NCBI RefSeq assembly: GCF_009914755.1
Contig: NC_060932.1
Reading direction: 5' to 3' (one strand)
DNA length: 64,000 nucleotides
Origin: the human T2T-CHM13v2.0 reference genome, Homo sapiens
The position numbers and the translations under genes are program-made. Below the pieces are notes generated by a model, which saw only the letters and a list, made by a program, of their open reading frames with translations, was not told the DNA's origin and did no database searches. Below are positions 16,150-35,887 of this stretch, one piece after another (positions within the stretch are counted from its first letter, which is position 1; each line of letters opens with the position of its first letter).

Positions 16150-17307
16150 ATGTCTGTCCCCAGGGATTTCTGGTTTGGGATTATGTAAAGATATTACCCT
16201 TCTCACAGGGGCATGTTGAGAATTCAATGAGATTTTGTCTGAGAATGTGTTTATCACAAATGTCTCTCATTAAGTGCTCTGTTTAGGTTAGCTTACTTAA
16301 CCTTTCCTTTTATTTCATGTAAACTTTTCTGTCCCACTCAGTTGTCCATTCCATGTTTATTTAACATTTGACAATACTTGTATGCATACTTTATCTAGTC
16401 TACTGAAATAAATATAGTATATTTTTAGAAAAATATGATCTTTAAAGTGATATGCAAGGAGAAAATACTCCTAGCTGTACCATTTATTAGCTGTTTGAAA
16501 TGAGCTCTCTTTTCTTTGTTCTTTTGTGACTTGGAAGTATATTTATCCCACACAGGTAGAGAGAGAATTAACCATTATTGGCCATTTACCAAGTTCTAGC
16601 AATATGCCAGGAAAATAGTTAAATCATTAGTATAACAAGAATAGAAATAAACAAGAATATTAATGCCTATTATTTATTGAACACTTAGTAATGCCAGGCA
16701 CTTTTCAAAAACACATTACATGTATGAACTCAGAAAATGTGAACATCAAGGAAAAGCTTTAAGTAGCCCTCTGGTCAAAGGCTTCATCCCTTAAAGAATT
16801 CTAGCAGAGACTTAGGGAAGATGATAAAAATATTGAATCAAAATTTACAAAAATTAGACTTCCCAAAGATTATTTATATGACATATCAGCGGAAGGCAGT
16901 GTGGCAAAGTAAAGGCACTGATTTGCACGTAAAGAAGGCTAGTCAGTAGTTATTTTTTCTGATATTTGCTTTAATATATTTGAGCTGTTTAAACTCTACA
17001 GCCTCAGATATGAAGGGATTGAACCAAATGATCCCCAAGGCCCCTCCTAGCTTTCTAATTCTAGAAGTAGAAAAAGCCACGTTAATTTCAAGTTGTGCAG
17101 TCCATTCAACATGAAGTAAAGCAGTTCTATTGTTTCCATCAACAAATACTTTTTTGAAGACCTGCTATGGGCCAGAAACTCTTCTAGGTAATAAAATACA
17201 GAAATAAGCAAGGAATTTTGCTGGCCTCCAAGGATCTTACAGTCTCTGGAGAGACAGAGCTAAGTAAACAGGCAATTATAATAAAGTGTAGTGCATGCTT
17301 GATAGGT

Positions 17308-17860
17308 GAAGAAGCAAATACTCATTTAAAATAAGAGGTCTAATTCTTCCTGTTGAAAACAAAGAGATTTCCTTCAATTCTCTTTTCTTAGAGCATTTAC
17401 TTTAGAAAATTTGTATGTTCTTTCTCTATGTTTTTGAAATGTATGTAAATATTTCTAAAAGCCAAATAAGTTTCTTTAAGATCCAAGAATGTCCTTCTCA
17501 AGGATTTGGGAACCACCTCTTTGAAATGTAATCATCAAGGATGATAAAAACCCTACCTCCCAGTTTCTGTGGGAGAGTAAGAAGCTCACTTCAGTAGGAA
17601 TCCCTTTCCAAAATTACCTTCTGTGATAAAGGCTAACACACAGAATCACCCCAAATACAAGGTGAATTTAGGATGAACATGTATGACAAATGGTCACATA
17701 TCATCTGTCTTGAGAACATGTATGTAATGAGTTGTAATTGCTCAGCTATATAATATTGTCTTTCTATCTTTGTAATCTCTTAGTGAAGTGTCTGTGATTC
17801 ACATCATATTCTGGTTTAACACTCATTCAATCATAAAATTGTTCTTTTTTCTCCTCTATC
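17308..17860 (+). mobile_element. ERV1-class LTR relic (MER34/MER39-like)
   Basis: AGAGCATTTACTTTAGAAAA, TTTGAAATGTAATCATCAAGG and CCCAGTTTCTGTGGGAG motifs, with a TATA-like box and a degenerate poly(A) signal. Confidence 0.6.
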
Positions 17861-17865
17861 TCTGG

Positions 17866-18467
17866 GCAACAGAGCTCACAAGACAGAGAGGAGAGGAGAA
17901 TGGGAACAAACTCATCATTAATCATGAACCCACTCCCTAGATAACTGCATTAGTCTGTTTTCACACTGCTATAAATAACTGCCTGAGACTGGGTAATTTA
18001 TAAAGGAAAGAGGTTTAATTGACTCACAGTTCAGCATGGCTGTGGAGGCCTCAGGAAACATAATCATGGCGGAAGGCGAAGGGGAAGCAAGGCACCTTTT
18101 TCACAAGGTGGCAGGAAGGAGAAGTGCTGAGAGAAGGGGAAAGAGCCCCTTATAAAACCATCAGATCTCGTGAGAATTCACTATCATAAGAACAGCAAGA
18201 AGGAAACTGCCCCTATGATTCAATTACCTCCACCTGGTCGCTCCCTTGACACGTGGGGATTATGGGGGCTATTATTCAAGATTGGATTTGGGTGGGGACA
18301 CAAAGCTTAGCCATATCAATAACTAACCCACGCCTGCAATTAATCCATTCATGAGGATGGAGACCTCCTGACCTAATCACCTCTTAAAGGTTCCACCTGT
18401 CAACAACATTGCACTGAAGATTGAATTTCCAACAGATGAACTTTGGGGAACACATTCAAACCATAGC
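17866..18467 (-). mobile_element. Older MST (MSTC/D-like) LTR fragment split by an MSTA LTR
   Basis: AACCCACTCCC...[insert]...TAATCCATTCATGAGG...ACCTAATCACCTCTTAAAGG...CACATTCAAACCATAGC. Confidence 0.75.
17946..18318 (-). mobile_element. MSTA-like MaLR solo LTR
   Basis: TGCATTAG...CCATATCA termini. 5-bp TSD ATAAC at 17941-17945 and 18319-18323. Confidence 0.88.
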
Positions 18468-20214
18468 TCTGTTCAACCACTCTACTGGCTCCTCACTTTC
18501 AATCCACCAATCAACTAACTGATCAATCAGTAGCCATTTACAGAGTATCACCTGTCAGCAAGGCATTGAATTTGGTGCTATGAAGAACATAGCATATAAT
18601 AACATGTAATCCCTGCTTGCAAGGATTATCTGACACTCTTAAGAATTGTAACTAGAACTCTTGTGACTATTGTGACTAGAATGTAGCACAATAATCTGTT
18701 GGGACTGGCCTGGTGAATACAGCTCATTTGCAACCTAGATTTCATAAAGCCCATAACAGCTGGAACCAGAAGAGAAGTTTAAGCCTAACTAGTTCCAGAA
18801 CCGCAGAAATGCCACTACTGCATACTCAAAATTATCTTAATTTCTTGACATTTTAGTTATTGACTGATTTATTTAATTGTATTTTCCCATGGATGCATGC
18901 ATGCATCCGTGCTCAATTTACTGACTTACTGATTACATGTTATTTGCAAGAGTAATAGTACTTTGTCATTACCTACTTTAAAGGGATTGTGACTACTTCC
19001 CCAGACCCATTATTTAAAGTTTAATCACATTCTCAAAGGAGGCTTCCTTGACTGCCAAAACATTCAATAAGTTCTTCCTACCTCTAAAAATTTCAGAATG
19101 CATGCTGTTTCACTTGTTTAGCTTGGCACGTTTTTTGGTACATGGTTTATTTCAGTAATGCCAAATGTGAAAAGAACATGGAGAGAGATAACTGAATAGT
19201 AAATACTAAACAAATGTATCTATGGATAAATTTATTCTGGGGATGCAGATAAAGTGCCCCAGCACACAATGAAATTTCTGTAAAGACAGCACATGTTCCA
19301 TTAATTATCATATACCCAGGTTCTAATATTACTTAAAAATATTTGTTGGCTTGAATTGAATTAAATTAAATTGAACTGATGGAGCAGAGTGCAGGGGGTA
19401 AGATTTGTACACATTGTAAAGCCAGGAGAAATCATCACTGTTTGTCTGAATCCAGATGCCTTTCTCTTTGCCAGCCATCATGAAAGAGAAGCTGAGAATT
19501 CTTGAGAATTTGTTTTCTTTCATAATGGGGTCTTTTCCTAAAATAGGGTAGGAACAATTGAAAAACAAAATGTGCAAGTAAACAAATCTCATTTTAATTG
19601 GAAGGGCAATTATACCAAATGTGCTTTCTAAGCTAGATTTATGTTAATTAACAAAGTGCTTTGTATCTTTTGAAGGTCAACACTCTCAGGAGTCTATTAG
19701 CATTTTGGCCACGTGGGTTTTTTGGTAAACTCACGCAAATGGCAGGCCAGTACTTTGCACTTCTGCCTTGATTACTTCTGGAGCAACCTCAATTACAGCT
19801 ATTGTCAGTGTCTTTCTCCTAGAGACCCACAGCCAGCTTCTAATACTTTAAACGTGGTGGAAAGGCTGTGAGTTAGCTTAACAGCTGATTTTCCTCAGAG
19901 CATTGGCTGGAATTATGGGTTTTAAGAGGCAGAAGCAATAACCTACACCTTTCTTAGAGTGAGTAGACTATAAAATGCTAGCTGGGGCCTTTGAGTAGTT
20001 TACAATGTAACAAGTCACTTGCTTAATAACTGTTAAGTCAAATAAATATATCCTCAAAGAAAGCAGTTTATATGTAACAAGTAAAAGAGAAAAGGGAAGT
20101 GATGCATTGATGCCATGTAAAAGTTCTAAAGCAAAAATAAAATAACTATCAAATCATAATTAATAATTACAGAAAATAGAGTGTTCATTGTCATAGAGTT
20201 GTTCTCTTGTTATT

Positions 20215-21200
20215 TATGTGTTTTATTTCCTTATATATTTTTGATATGAGTCCCTTACCTAGTAAATAATTTGCAAATATTTTCTCTTAGTATGTGGGTT
20301 GTCTCTTTACTCTGTTAATTGTTTTGTTTACTATGAGAAGCTTTTTCATTAGACCAATCCCATTGGTCTATTTTTGTTTCTGTTGCCTGTGCTTTGGGGG
20401 TTAAATGCAAGAAATCATCGTCCAGACCAATGTCATGCAGGTTTTCCTCTATGTTATCTTCTAGTAGTTCTACAGCTTTAGGTCTTACATTTAAGTCTCT
20501 AATCCTTTCTTAGTTGACGCTTGTACAAGGGGTGAGATGACGCTCCAGTTTCATTCTTCCGCATGTGAATAACCAATTTTCCCAACACCACGAATTGAAG
20601 AGGCTGCCCTTTCAGTGTAGTATATTTACAATACCCACAATATGAAAACAACTTAAGTGCCTATCAACAGATGAATGGATAACAAAAATTGATGTATATA
20701 CACAATGGTATACTATTTAGCCTTTTGAAAGAATGCAATTCTGTCATTTGCAAAAACATGGATGAATCTAGAGGACATTATGCTAACAGAAATAAACCAA
20801 GCACAGAAAGACAAATATTGCAACATCCCACTTATCTATACAATGTAAATATTTGAACTCATAGAAGTAGAGAGTAAATAGTGGTTACTAGGGGCTGGAT
20901 GGCAATGTTGGTCAAAGGCTACAAAATTTCAATTATACTGGAAGAATAACTTGTGGTGATACATTGAATAGCAAGTGACTATAGATAATAATAATGTATT
21001 ATATATTTCAAAAATTGCCAAAAGAGTGGATTTTAAATGTTCTCACTATAAAGAAACGATGACCCTGTGAGGTAATAGATATATTAATTAATCTGATTTG
21101 CTCATTCCACAATGTATACATGTATCAAAACATTACATTGTATTCAGTAAATAAATATAATTGTTATTTGTCAATTAAAAATAAATACAAAATTTAAAAG
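20215..21200 (+). mobile_element. Old L1MA with 5' inversion (minus-strand ORF2 piece ~20215-20610, plus-strand 3' end ~20620-21200)
   Basis: Reverse ORF2 (TTTGCAAATATTTTCTC...TTCCCAACACCA), then sense ACAGATGAATGGATAA...TTTGTCAATTAAAAATAAA. Confidence 0.8.
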
Positions 21201-22639
21201 AAGAAAAGCTTTTTCTTTTTTGAACATTCTAATTTTAAAATTCCTGTTAATACAGACGTTAATATATCTGTCTACTAGATATCTAATTTAATCTAGGAAA
21301 TAGGGTAGGGAAATCTTAAAATTAGGATTCAGCAGTCTAAAGGTGGTAACTGAGGCTATACTAGTGGAAGAGATTCTAATAAAACAACATAGAATAAAAA
21401 TGTGACCTTGTGGAAACCTTGAGAACACTAAAGCAATCCAAATTATTGTTTTGGATAGGGGTAAAACATTACATTTATTCAGGAGGAGTGATTTCCTGTA
21501 GGAAGTGGTTGTTGAATCTCCCACAATCCCACCCAGCATCAACTCTTCCTCCTACTGACTTGCCAAAAGCTGTAACATTAAAAAAATTAGAAGTCCTCCA
21601 GTTTCTATGAATCTTTTCCTAAATTCAAAACATTCCAAAAACAACTCTGCATTAGCCATTAACATACTGCACGGGTAAGCACACCAAATTGCCATCTTTA
21701 TGTCTGAAGAGAGCTTGGCTTTGTATGGTTCTATTACCAACAAGGTGGAAGTCCATCAAGCTGGTACTGAATTATCAAATTTGCACCTCTGAGATTCAAC
21801 CTGGAGTATTAGTAATTGGGCAACTCCATGCCTACCTGATTTGTGCTTGACTCTTATTAATTTTCATATCCTAACATTGTATTACCTGGTCCCTATCCAC
21901 CTTTGTTGCTTCAGTTGTACTATTTCCCTTGTTCTGATCAATAACTTTACCTTTATGCTCAAGTTCGCTACTTCCCTCATCAAATTGCTCTCTCAGACAC
22001 CTGCTAATCTTACCTCTATTGTTTAAATGAGACTCTTTTTTCCCTTCCTCCTCCTTCCCCTCTTCCTGTTTCTGCTCCTCCTTCTTCCTGAACTTTACTC
22101 ACAGACAGTTCTTTTTAGCATAGACTGACACTCCCAGCCTCTGATTTTTTGCTGCCTCAGAACTTGGAGCATGAGTGATGGAACACAAAGCCAGGGCAGA
22201 GTGGAATGGATTGCAATGCAGGACCCTGTGTACCTGTGCATCCAGGAGTGGAGGAGCGGGAGGCGATGGCTGTTTGTAGGCAGAAAGTAGTGAAAGGGCT
22301 ATGAGTTCTTTTGTGGGAGAAAAAGCATTCAAGAGAAGCAGAAGGATTTTGAAGGGCAATAAGGTGATTTTGTTCTACACGTTCTGTAGTGAGAGTAGTC
22401 TCAAAAAATGATCTTTTCCACCTATACATTGAGGAAAAGCAAAGGAGGTATGATTATGTTTAGTGGAGTAGGGATAAAAGAGCTCAAGTCCAGTGGAGCT
22501 GCTGTATCATTCTCACCTTTCCTCCACTGCCCTGAACCTCACTACATCTGGTAAACTTGCCTGGTGCCCATTTGATCACTCCCACCTGATCATAGTCTAC
22601 AAGGCTTCACTTGTATCATGACACCACTGATGTTCTTGA

Positions 22640-22810
22640 ACCACTTTTTATGTGCCAGGCAGTCTTCTAAGTCATGTTCATGCAAGATATCATTTAACAT
22701 CTCAGTAACCTTGTAAGGCAAGTCGTTCTTATTTCCACTTTACAGTTGATGTAACCCATGCACATAGAGGAAAAAAAAAAAAAACTTCTTCCAGATCACA
22801 GCAGTTAGTG
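22640..22810 (-). mobile_element. MIR SINE relic
   Basis: TATGTGCCAGGC...CATTTAA...ATTTCCACTTTACAG...AGATCACAGCAGTTAGTG core pattern. Confidence 0.6.
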
Positions 22811-23221
22811 ATAGACATCCTCCTTAATGCCCTCAGGTTTTCAAGCTATCTCTTGCCTTTCCCTTCTTCCTTCTTTCTTCCCTTCAAACTTCTGTCCTGT
22901 CATCCTTTATTTCACCTTATTTCCTTCAGCAAGATTTTTTTGACTGATCAAAAGCCCCATCCCTTACCCCTTTAAGCTCTGATTCACAAACATCTCTTTA
23001 CTTTTAACATAATTTATGTATTTGTAGTAGATAAGTTGGTGTCTAAACATCATTAGTAAGATGTTTTAACTGGTTATGTGTACTTAGACAGGATTGATGG
23101 TCATTAAAATTCTCAATATATTCTATTACTGAGTAAAAAAAGGCAATCTGTTTTATGCTATCATACGATTTTTACCTGTGGCTATGGGAGGCAGTACGGT
23201 GCACAGATCAAGAAAAGATAC

Positions 23222-23546
<325 letters not shown>

Positions 23547-24565
23547 TTATAAGGACATAATGAGTTAAAACGTGTGCATATAAGAAATAGATTTTATTAC
23601 TATAAAGAAAATACCTTTTACTAATATCGCATTATACACACCAGATGACAAAATCTCTCTATCCCTCAAAGCAAATTCAGGTAGTACTTAATAACATTGT
23701 TCAATATTTGTTCACTTAGGCACACAACCTATTTATTCATTTTTGTTAGTGCCAGTGATTTTTTCTTGTTTATGAAAAGTATATATGCTGATCTGCAGTT
23801 TTTAGTAGAACAGTCAAATCATCAGTAGACGCAGTTTAAAATATTCAAACCATTATTTATAAACAATTGGCTGACTGTTTTTTACTTTAACATTTAAGCT
23901 CCTAAAAAGAGAGAGAAAAATCATACCTTGAGTCGCTGATTTTATACAATTGAACTCTACAGATAAGCTAGGTTTTTAATTTATTCTCTATGAGGCCTAA
24001 AGAGACCCAATGAGATACTTCAGGGAATGTCCCTAAAGTAGACAGTGGCACATGAAGGAGGGGATAAGCAGGCATGATTTTAACTCGTACTACCATTTTG
24101 AGCAAAAAGTTCCACTTTTATCTGTTTTACCAATTTTCCCTTAAAATTTTTAGAGAAGCATAGAATAGACAAAAAGTTAAAAATGATTGTCATTCTCCTT
24201 CAGTTTATAAATGGTAAAGCAGACAAAGAGAGATGTACTATCTTTCCCCGTGACACATAGAAAATTATAATTAGTAGCAAATTCTAATTCTAACACCCTG
24301 GTGGAGAATCTTCCCAGTATTCCATACCACCAGCTTCATCAGTGTAGTTCAAGGCTCTCAATATGGGTAGCTGCTGGTGCAGATGGGTACACCACCTGAG
24401 CGATGCAGGGCAATAATGGAAGAATCCTTAAATTGAGTCCTTGGGCATATATGGCATCCAGGACATTTAACTGAGAAGTTAAAATCTATGATCAGAAAGC
24501 AAACAGAGGATGAGAAAGTTTCCTGAACAACAGAGATCAGATAGTAGCTTAAAAATTTTTATCTG

Positions 24566-30266
<5,701 letters not shown>

Positions 30267-30289
30267 AAAAATTTTGTCTGAACAACAAA

Positions 30290-30445
30290 AGGGCATAAGG
30301 AAACTTTTCAAGAAGCTGGAAATGTTCTATATCTTGATTGTAGTAGTCGTTATATGATTGTATATATATTTGTCAAAACCCATTGAACTAACTCTTAAAA
30401 CGGATGCAACATACTCTTTGTAAATTATACCTCAATAAGGTTTAA
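30290..30445 (+). mobile_element. Ancient L1M (L1ME/MD-like) 3'-end fragment
   Basis: GGAAATGTTCTATATCTTGATTG...TTTGTCAAAACCCATTGAACT...TGTAAATTATACCTCAATAA. Confidence 0.7.
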
Positions 30446-30489
30446 CCCCACAAAAGACTAATTTTAAAATGTAGATGATGTAATACAAA

Positions 30490-31006
30490 AAAAATTTGGT
30501 ATATGTACACCATGAAATACCATTCAGCCATAAAAAAGAATGAAGTTCTGTCATTCATGGCAACATGGATAGAACCAGAGGACATTATGTTAAGTGAAAT
30601 AAGCTTGGAAGAGAAAGTTAAGCACAGCATGTTCTCACTCATATGTGGAAAGTAAAGAAATTGATCTCACAGAAGTAAAAAGTAGAGCAGAGGATACTAG
30701 AGGCTGGGAAGGATGGGGGAAGAAGGTGATAGGGAGAGACTTATTAAAAGATACAAAATTACAGATAGATAGGAGGAATAAGTTCTAGTGTTCTATACCA
30801 CAGTACGATGACTATAGTTAACAATAATACATAACGTAGTGTCAAGTAGCTAGAAGAAGAGTATTGAATGTTCCCAACATAAAGAAGTGATAGATGATTG
30901 AGATGATAGCTATGCTAATTACCCAGATCTGATCACTGCACATGAGATGTATCAAAACATCACTATGTACTCCATAAATATGTAAAATTATTATGTCAAT
31001 AAAAAA
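30490..31006 (+). mobile_element. L1MA 3'-end fragment
   Basis: CATTCAGCCATAAAAAAGAATGAA...GATAGGAGGAATAAGTTCTAGTGTTCTATA...TATGTCAATAAAAAA. Confidence 0.85.
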
Positions 31007-33289
31007 CCTTAATGGCAGGAAAAAAAGTTTTTGTCTGAACAGAGTTCAGTGAATGTCAGCTTAAGGTGGAAAATAAAAAGAGAAAGTGATTCCAGGCACA
31101 AAGTCAAGATTAATTTCATGAGAGCCATATGCTATCATGAAAGGGATAGGATGCAAAATCCAATGAGAAACCTGGAATTGGTATCCAGAATCCAACCAGG
31201 CAAAAGTGGGAAGCATGCTAAAAAGGAAATCCAAAATAATGAATGGTTCTACATCAACAACACAGCAATGTTCTGTCTGTGAGCCCAGGATCAAGGTGAG
31301 CCCCTCTCTGCTCTGTGTTTATTCAGAGTCCCATAGGTACATCTTAGACTTCTGCTAGATATAAAGCCAGAGAGGGACATGATTTACCTCTGGACTTCCA
31401 GGTGGGCTGAACAGCTGTTTAAGGTAGGGACTGAGCTTGTGCTGGATGCAATAATTAGTCATGATAGCAGGGAACGTCTTGTTTCCAAAAAGAGCCCACA
31501 GAATCCCTGGAGGATAATGAGTGCCTTCATTAAATCAAAACATAATAGTTTTGCTTTCCACATGTTGGCTCCAATCAATGATCTTCTTACTTATGCTGAA
31601 ACAAGCCAACTCTCTCTCAATATAAGTTTAAAAAGGCCAAGAAGCTGCTAACAATATCTAACATGCTCATAGCACAGAGCTACTTCAGGCAATGCCAGCC
31701 TATTTTTGACACAGGACAGTGAATAGCAGAGAATGTGTGCCCACTATGGACAAGAAACAGTTTACCCATAGATGAATATTATTCTGGAACAATTTGGCAA
31801 GATTATTTTCTTAAGGTGAATTAATTTCCTCAATGTCGTTTGGCTTTTATTGCTTTCTCAAAATTCAGACACATAATATCAAACAGATGGCTTGAACCAG
31901 TGAATAAATAGGTCATAAAAGAATTTTGTATACTTCATTGTTCTGGTTTATGGCTAAACACAGCAATCAGATTTTGTTGAAACCTGGATAAAATTGCTAG
32001 TTTCACTTTGTTTCAGTTCCAGGTGATCTGGAAGAAATAAAACTTCTCCAGGAGCATGTGTTCTTGGAATCCCTTCTTCATGTAATTTGCCCAAGAAAGT
32101 CATTCAACCCTTTGAGGTTTTCCAAGCTGCAACTTAAAAAAACAAAAAAAACAAAAAGACTGAGGAGAATCATGTCTTTATCATTGCTCATGCAGAGCAA
32201 ACTTATTAACTAATTAGTTATACAGCTATCACAAGTAATAAATGGAGAGAATGCCAATGATAAAGTGAGAAGTAAAGGTAAGAAAACCATGGAGAGGTGG
32301 TGTGGATACTAGAAATGCAGAGCTTAAGTCTGCATTGAACAAATACAGATATTGAGCACCTTTCAGTACAAGAGCTGTTCTAGAAGGCAACAGACCACAT
32401 TCAAACAAACCTTCCGTAAAGGATTATATTTTCTTCCCTCTCCATTCTGAGAACCAAATTCTGCATTAAAATTGTCAACCATGGTCCTTTCTATATATAA
32501 CTACCTGAAGAAGTTTTTTACTGGGATTTTAAGAAAACCGCAGAAATTCATTGACACTTAGACCCATCCGATGTATTAAGCTATATGAAGCATACCAGTC
32601 AGGTAATATGCTGAATTATAAGATATTAGGGAAATATGATGACAGTGGTAACCAGGAGAGTTTATGTCCATCTAAAGTGGCAGATGCTGCTCACTTCCAG
32701 CCAAAGCAGCCATGCATATTTTGCCAAGGCTTATACTTTTTTCAAGAGAAACTAGAAATCTTCTTTCCCAAATGAAGATCGACAAAACCTGATTGACCAC
32801 CCCCTACTTTTGTGTTAAACTGCCTAATTTGCAAACAGATTGTCTGAAACCTATGATGTGTAGGCCCCACATCACTGAGTGAGCTAAGAAGAAGGAGTAT
32901 CTAAATCTGAAGGGACCTGAGTGGCTACTTGGTCTAACAGTTTCACCTATGTAAAGCCCAGATGGAATGCAATATCCCTAACAGATAGACTGCTCAGCCA
33001 CTACTTATATATCTTCAAGGAAATTAACTGACAAATTTATGAAATGTTGGCATTTATATCAAGATATAACCTCAAAAACAAAGTGGATCACTATCATGGC
33101 CTCTGTTCTATTTAGACCTGGTAAGATAGAACTAGAAAATTGATGGATTCAGTATTTGTGTGCCCCCGGAAGCATTTTGGTTGCTACATGCTACTTGAAA
33201 AGAGGTCATTAAAAGAAGTTTCTACCAAAAACTGGTAATTATACTATTATTTATATAGTTATTATATCATGTACATTATATATAATATA

Positions 33290-33560
33290 AAAAATATGTA
33301 AGTATTTATTTAATGCAATGCTACAACCTGGATTGGATCTTGGAACCTAAAAAAGGCATCAATGGAAAAACCAGTAAAATCCAAAAAAAGTCTATAGTTA
33401 GTAGTAAGATGCTACTATTAGTTACTTCTCTATTTGGACAAATGTGCCATGGTTATATAAGATGTTAACATTAGAGGAAGCTAGGTGAAGAGTATATGAA
33501 ATTTGTGTAATACCTTTGCGTCTTTTCTGGAATCTGGAATTGTTACACAATAAAAATTAA
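33290..33560 (+). mobile_element. L1MC-like 3'-end fragment
   Basis: CCTGGATTGGATCTTGGAAC...GACAAATGTGCCATGGTTATATAAGATGTTAACATTAG. Confidence 0.65.
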
Positions 33561-34444
33561 AATAGATATATTTGCATGTAGTTTAACAGTTTCGGATACC
33601 ACATGAATTGCATTGAATGGCACCAATTAAGAGAAACATAACAAAACTTAGATTAATACGGAAGTAAAAGAGGCTGCTCCAATAAAAGAACCCGAGGTAA
33701 GTAATTACCAGCCAGACACTGGAAGCTGTAAACCAACCAGGTAGGTAAATTAAACGGGCCACATTACAAATTTGCAGCTTTGTCAGTCACTAACTGAAAC
33801 ATTCGCCAGGTTATTCAATTTCTTTCTATTATTAATTCAGTGATTAATGGCAGAATGCCTGCAATTTACCAGCATTTATTCTGGGTCCTGGGAGACTCAG
33901 GGGTAAACTAAACAGTTTTAATTCAATGTGTGTATCCCCACCCCGTTCCTGTCCCCGTGGAGCTTATGGCTCCTACTGGGGATACAAACACTGAATTAGC
34001 ACACAAAGCAATTTCTGTTGATTTCAGCCCTAAAGTCAACAGTATAACCCATGCCTCCAAATAGTCAATGTTCATACAGATTCTGAAAGAAATTTTAAAA
34101 TAGTCTCTTATTTGTGTTCTAATCGTACCTACCAAATCTATACACAGTCCATAAAGGAATTAGAAAATTTTGAATTGGATTTTCCACTTTATCCCATTAG
34201 CTCTTTCCCTCAACATTTTTTTCACTATTATATAGTCTCAATTCTTCAGAACACTCATGTAACTCTCTGTTCTCAGAGTAGTCACGGAGTATTTTTCCTT
34301 TTGCACCTTCTGCTGTGGGTTTCTCACTTGGGGCAAAAAGAGACAAATGATAATATCCTGCCTATATCTAGAGTAGTATTTCTGTCTTTCGACAGTTTTT
34401 TCCTTTGTTTTGTTAGGTGCAAATTTTGTTTTTATTTATATATT

Positions 34445-34720
<276 letters not shown>

Positions 34721-34837
34721 TGTGTGTCATTCTTACGACCTACTTTAAATTCGCTTATCCTTTAGGAATGTATGCATCATTATAAGCTTCTTTAAGTTAT
34801 TTTCAGAAAATAATGAAAAGATATCATCTTCTTTATT

Positions 34838-35250
34838 GTATTGGTTTCTTAGGGCTGCTGTAACAAAATAGGACAAACACAGTAGCTTAAAACAACAGAA
34901 ATTGATGCTCTTATGGTTCTGGAAAATAAAAGTCTGAAATTGAGGTGTTGGCAGGGCCACCCTGTTTCTGGAAGCTCTAAAGAAGAATCCTTCCTTGCAT
35001 TTACCTAGCTGCTGATGGTTTCCCACAATCCTTTGGCTTCCTGGCCTGTAGCTCTATTATTCCAATTTCTGTCTCTTTCTTCACATGAGCTTTTTCCTTC
35101 TGTGTGTGTCTGAGAGCATCAAGATTAGGGTCCATCCTAATCCTGTCTAACCTCATCTCAAGTGGATTATATCTGCAAAGACCCTATTTCCAAATAATGT
35201 CAAATTCACAGGTACTGGGGGTTAGAACTTCAACCCACAATATTTAACTA
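34838..35250 (-). mobile_element. MLT1 (B/C-like) MaLR solo LTR
   Basis: TGTATTGGTTTCTTAGGGCTGCTGTAACAAAAT...GCAAAGACCCTATTTCCAAATAA...GGTACTGGGGGTTAG. Confidence 0.8.
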
Positions 35251-35329
35251 CCCATATGGGTGCATGAAAACCATCAGTCTTTCAGCTTAGATAGCTTTAT
35301 ATCCAAGAAGAAAATACTCATTTCAGTAT

Positions 35330-35887
35330 TGTTACAGTGGGTAGCTAGTCGGGTATGCACAGGGCAGGAGAGGGCTCCCCCCACACACAGCAGAAGTGTT
35401 GGGCGACCATCAGGTGATGGTCTCGAGGTTGTTAACTGTCTCTCTCAAGTAATATTAGTCACAGCTGGCACCAGGGAAAGGCGGTCTCCTAATAGATAGA
35501 AAACACCTGAAATGTGACCAGCAGCTTCCTGAAAAGATCCCAGGAGTTGGACAAGTGGGCTCAAGCATGCACATGCAGACAGCCCACCCCAAGGGAAGAA
35601 TCAGGGGAGAAGTAACACAAGACCCCGGAATTATGCCAATGTATAAAACCCCAAGTTAAAAGGTCAAACTGTGCACTTGCCTTTCAGGTCGCCTGCTTAG
35701 CCCTCTTCCAAGGTGTACTTTCCTTCTTTTCATTCCTGTTCGAAAGTTTTTAAAATAAACTTTCACTCCTGCTCTAAAACTTGCCTTGGTCTCTCTTTCT
35801 GCCTTATGCCCCTCCGTCAAATTCTTTCTTCTGAGGAGGCAAGAATCGAGGTTGCTGCAGACCCAAATGGATTTGCCACCATTAACA
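35330..35887 (+). mobile_element. MER50-like ERV1 solo LTR
   Basis: TGTTA...TAACA termini, GGGCAGGAGAGGG, GACCATCAGGTGATGGTC, TATAAAA at ~35643 and AATAAA at ~35755; TAT(T) flanks on both sides. Confidence 0.8.

Noticed and set aside
21540-21860. Unique block with short ORFs and splice-like sites
   Set aside because: Stops occur in the plausible frames and there is no recognisable protein motif; support is insufficient.
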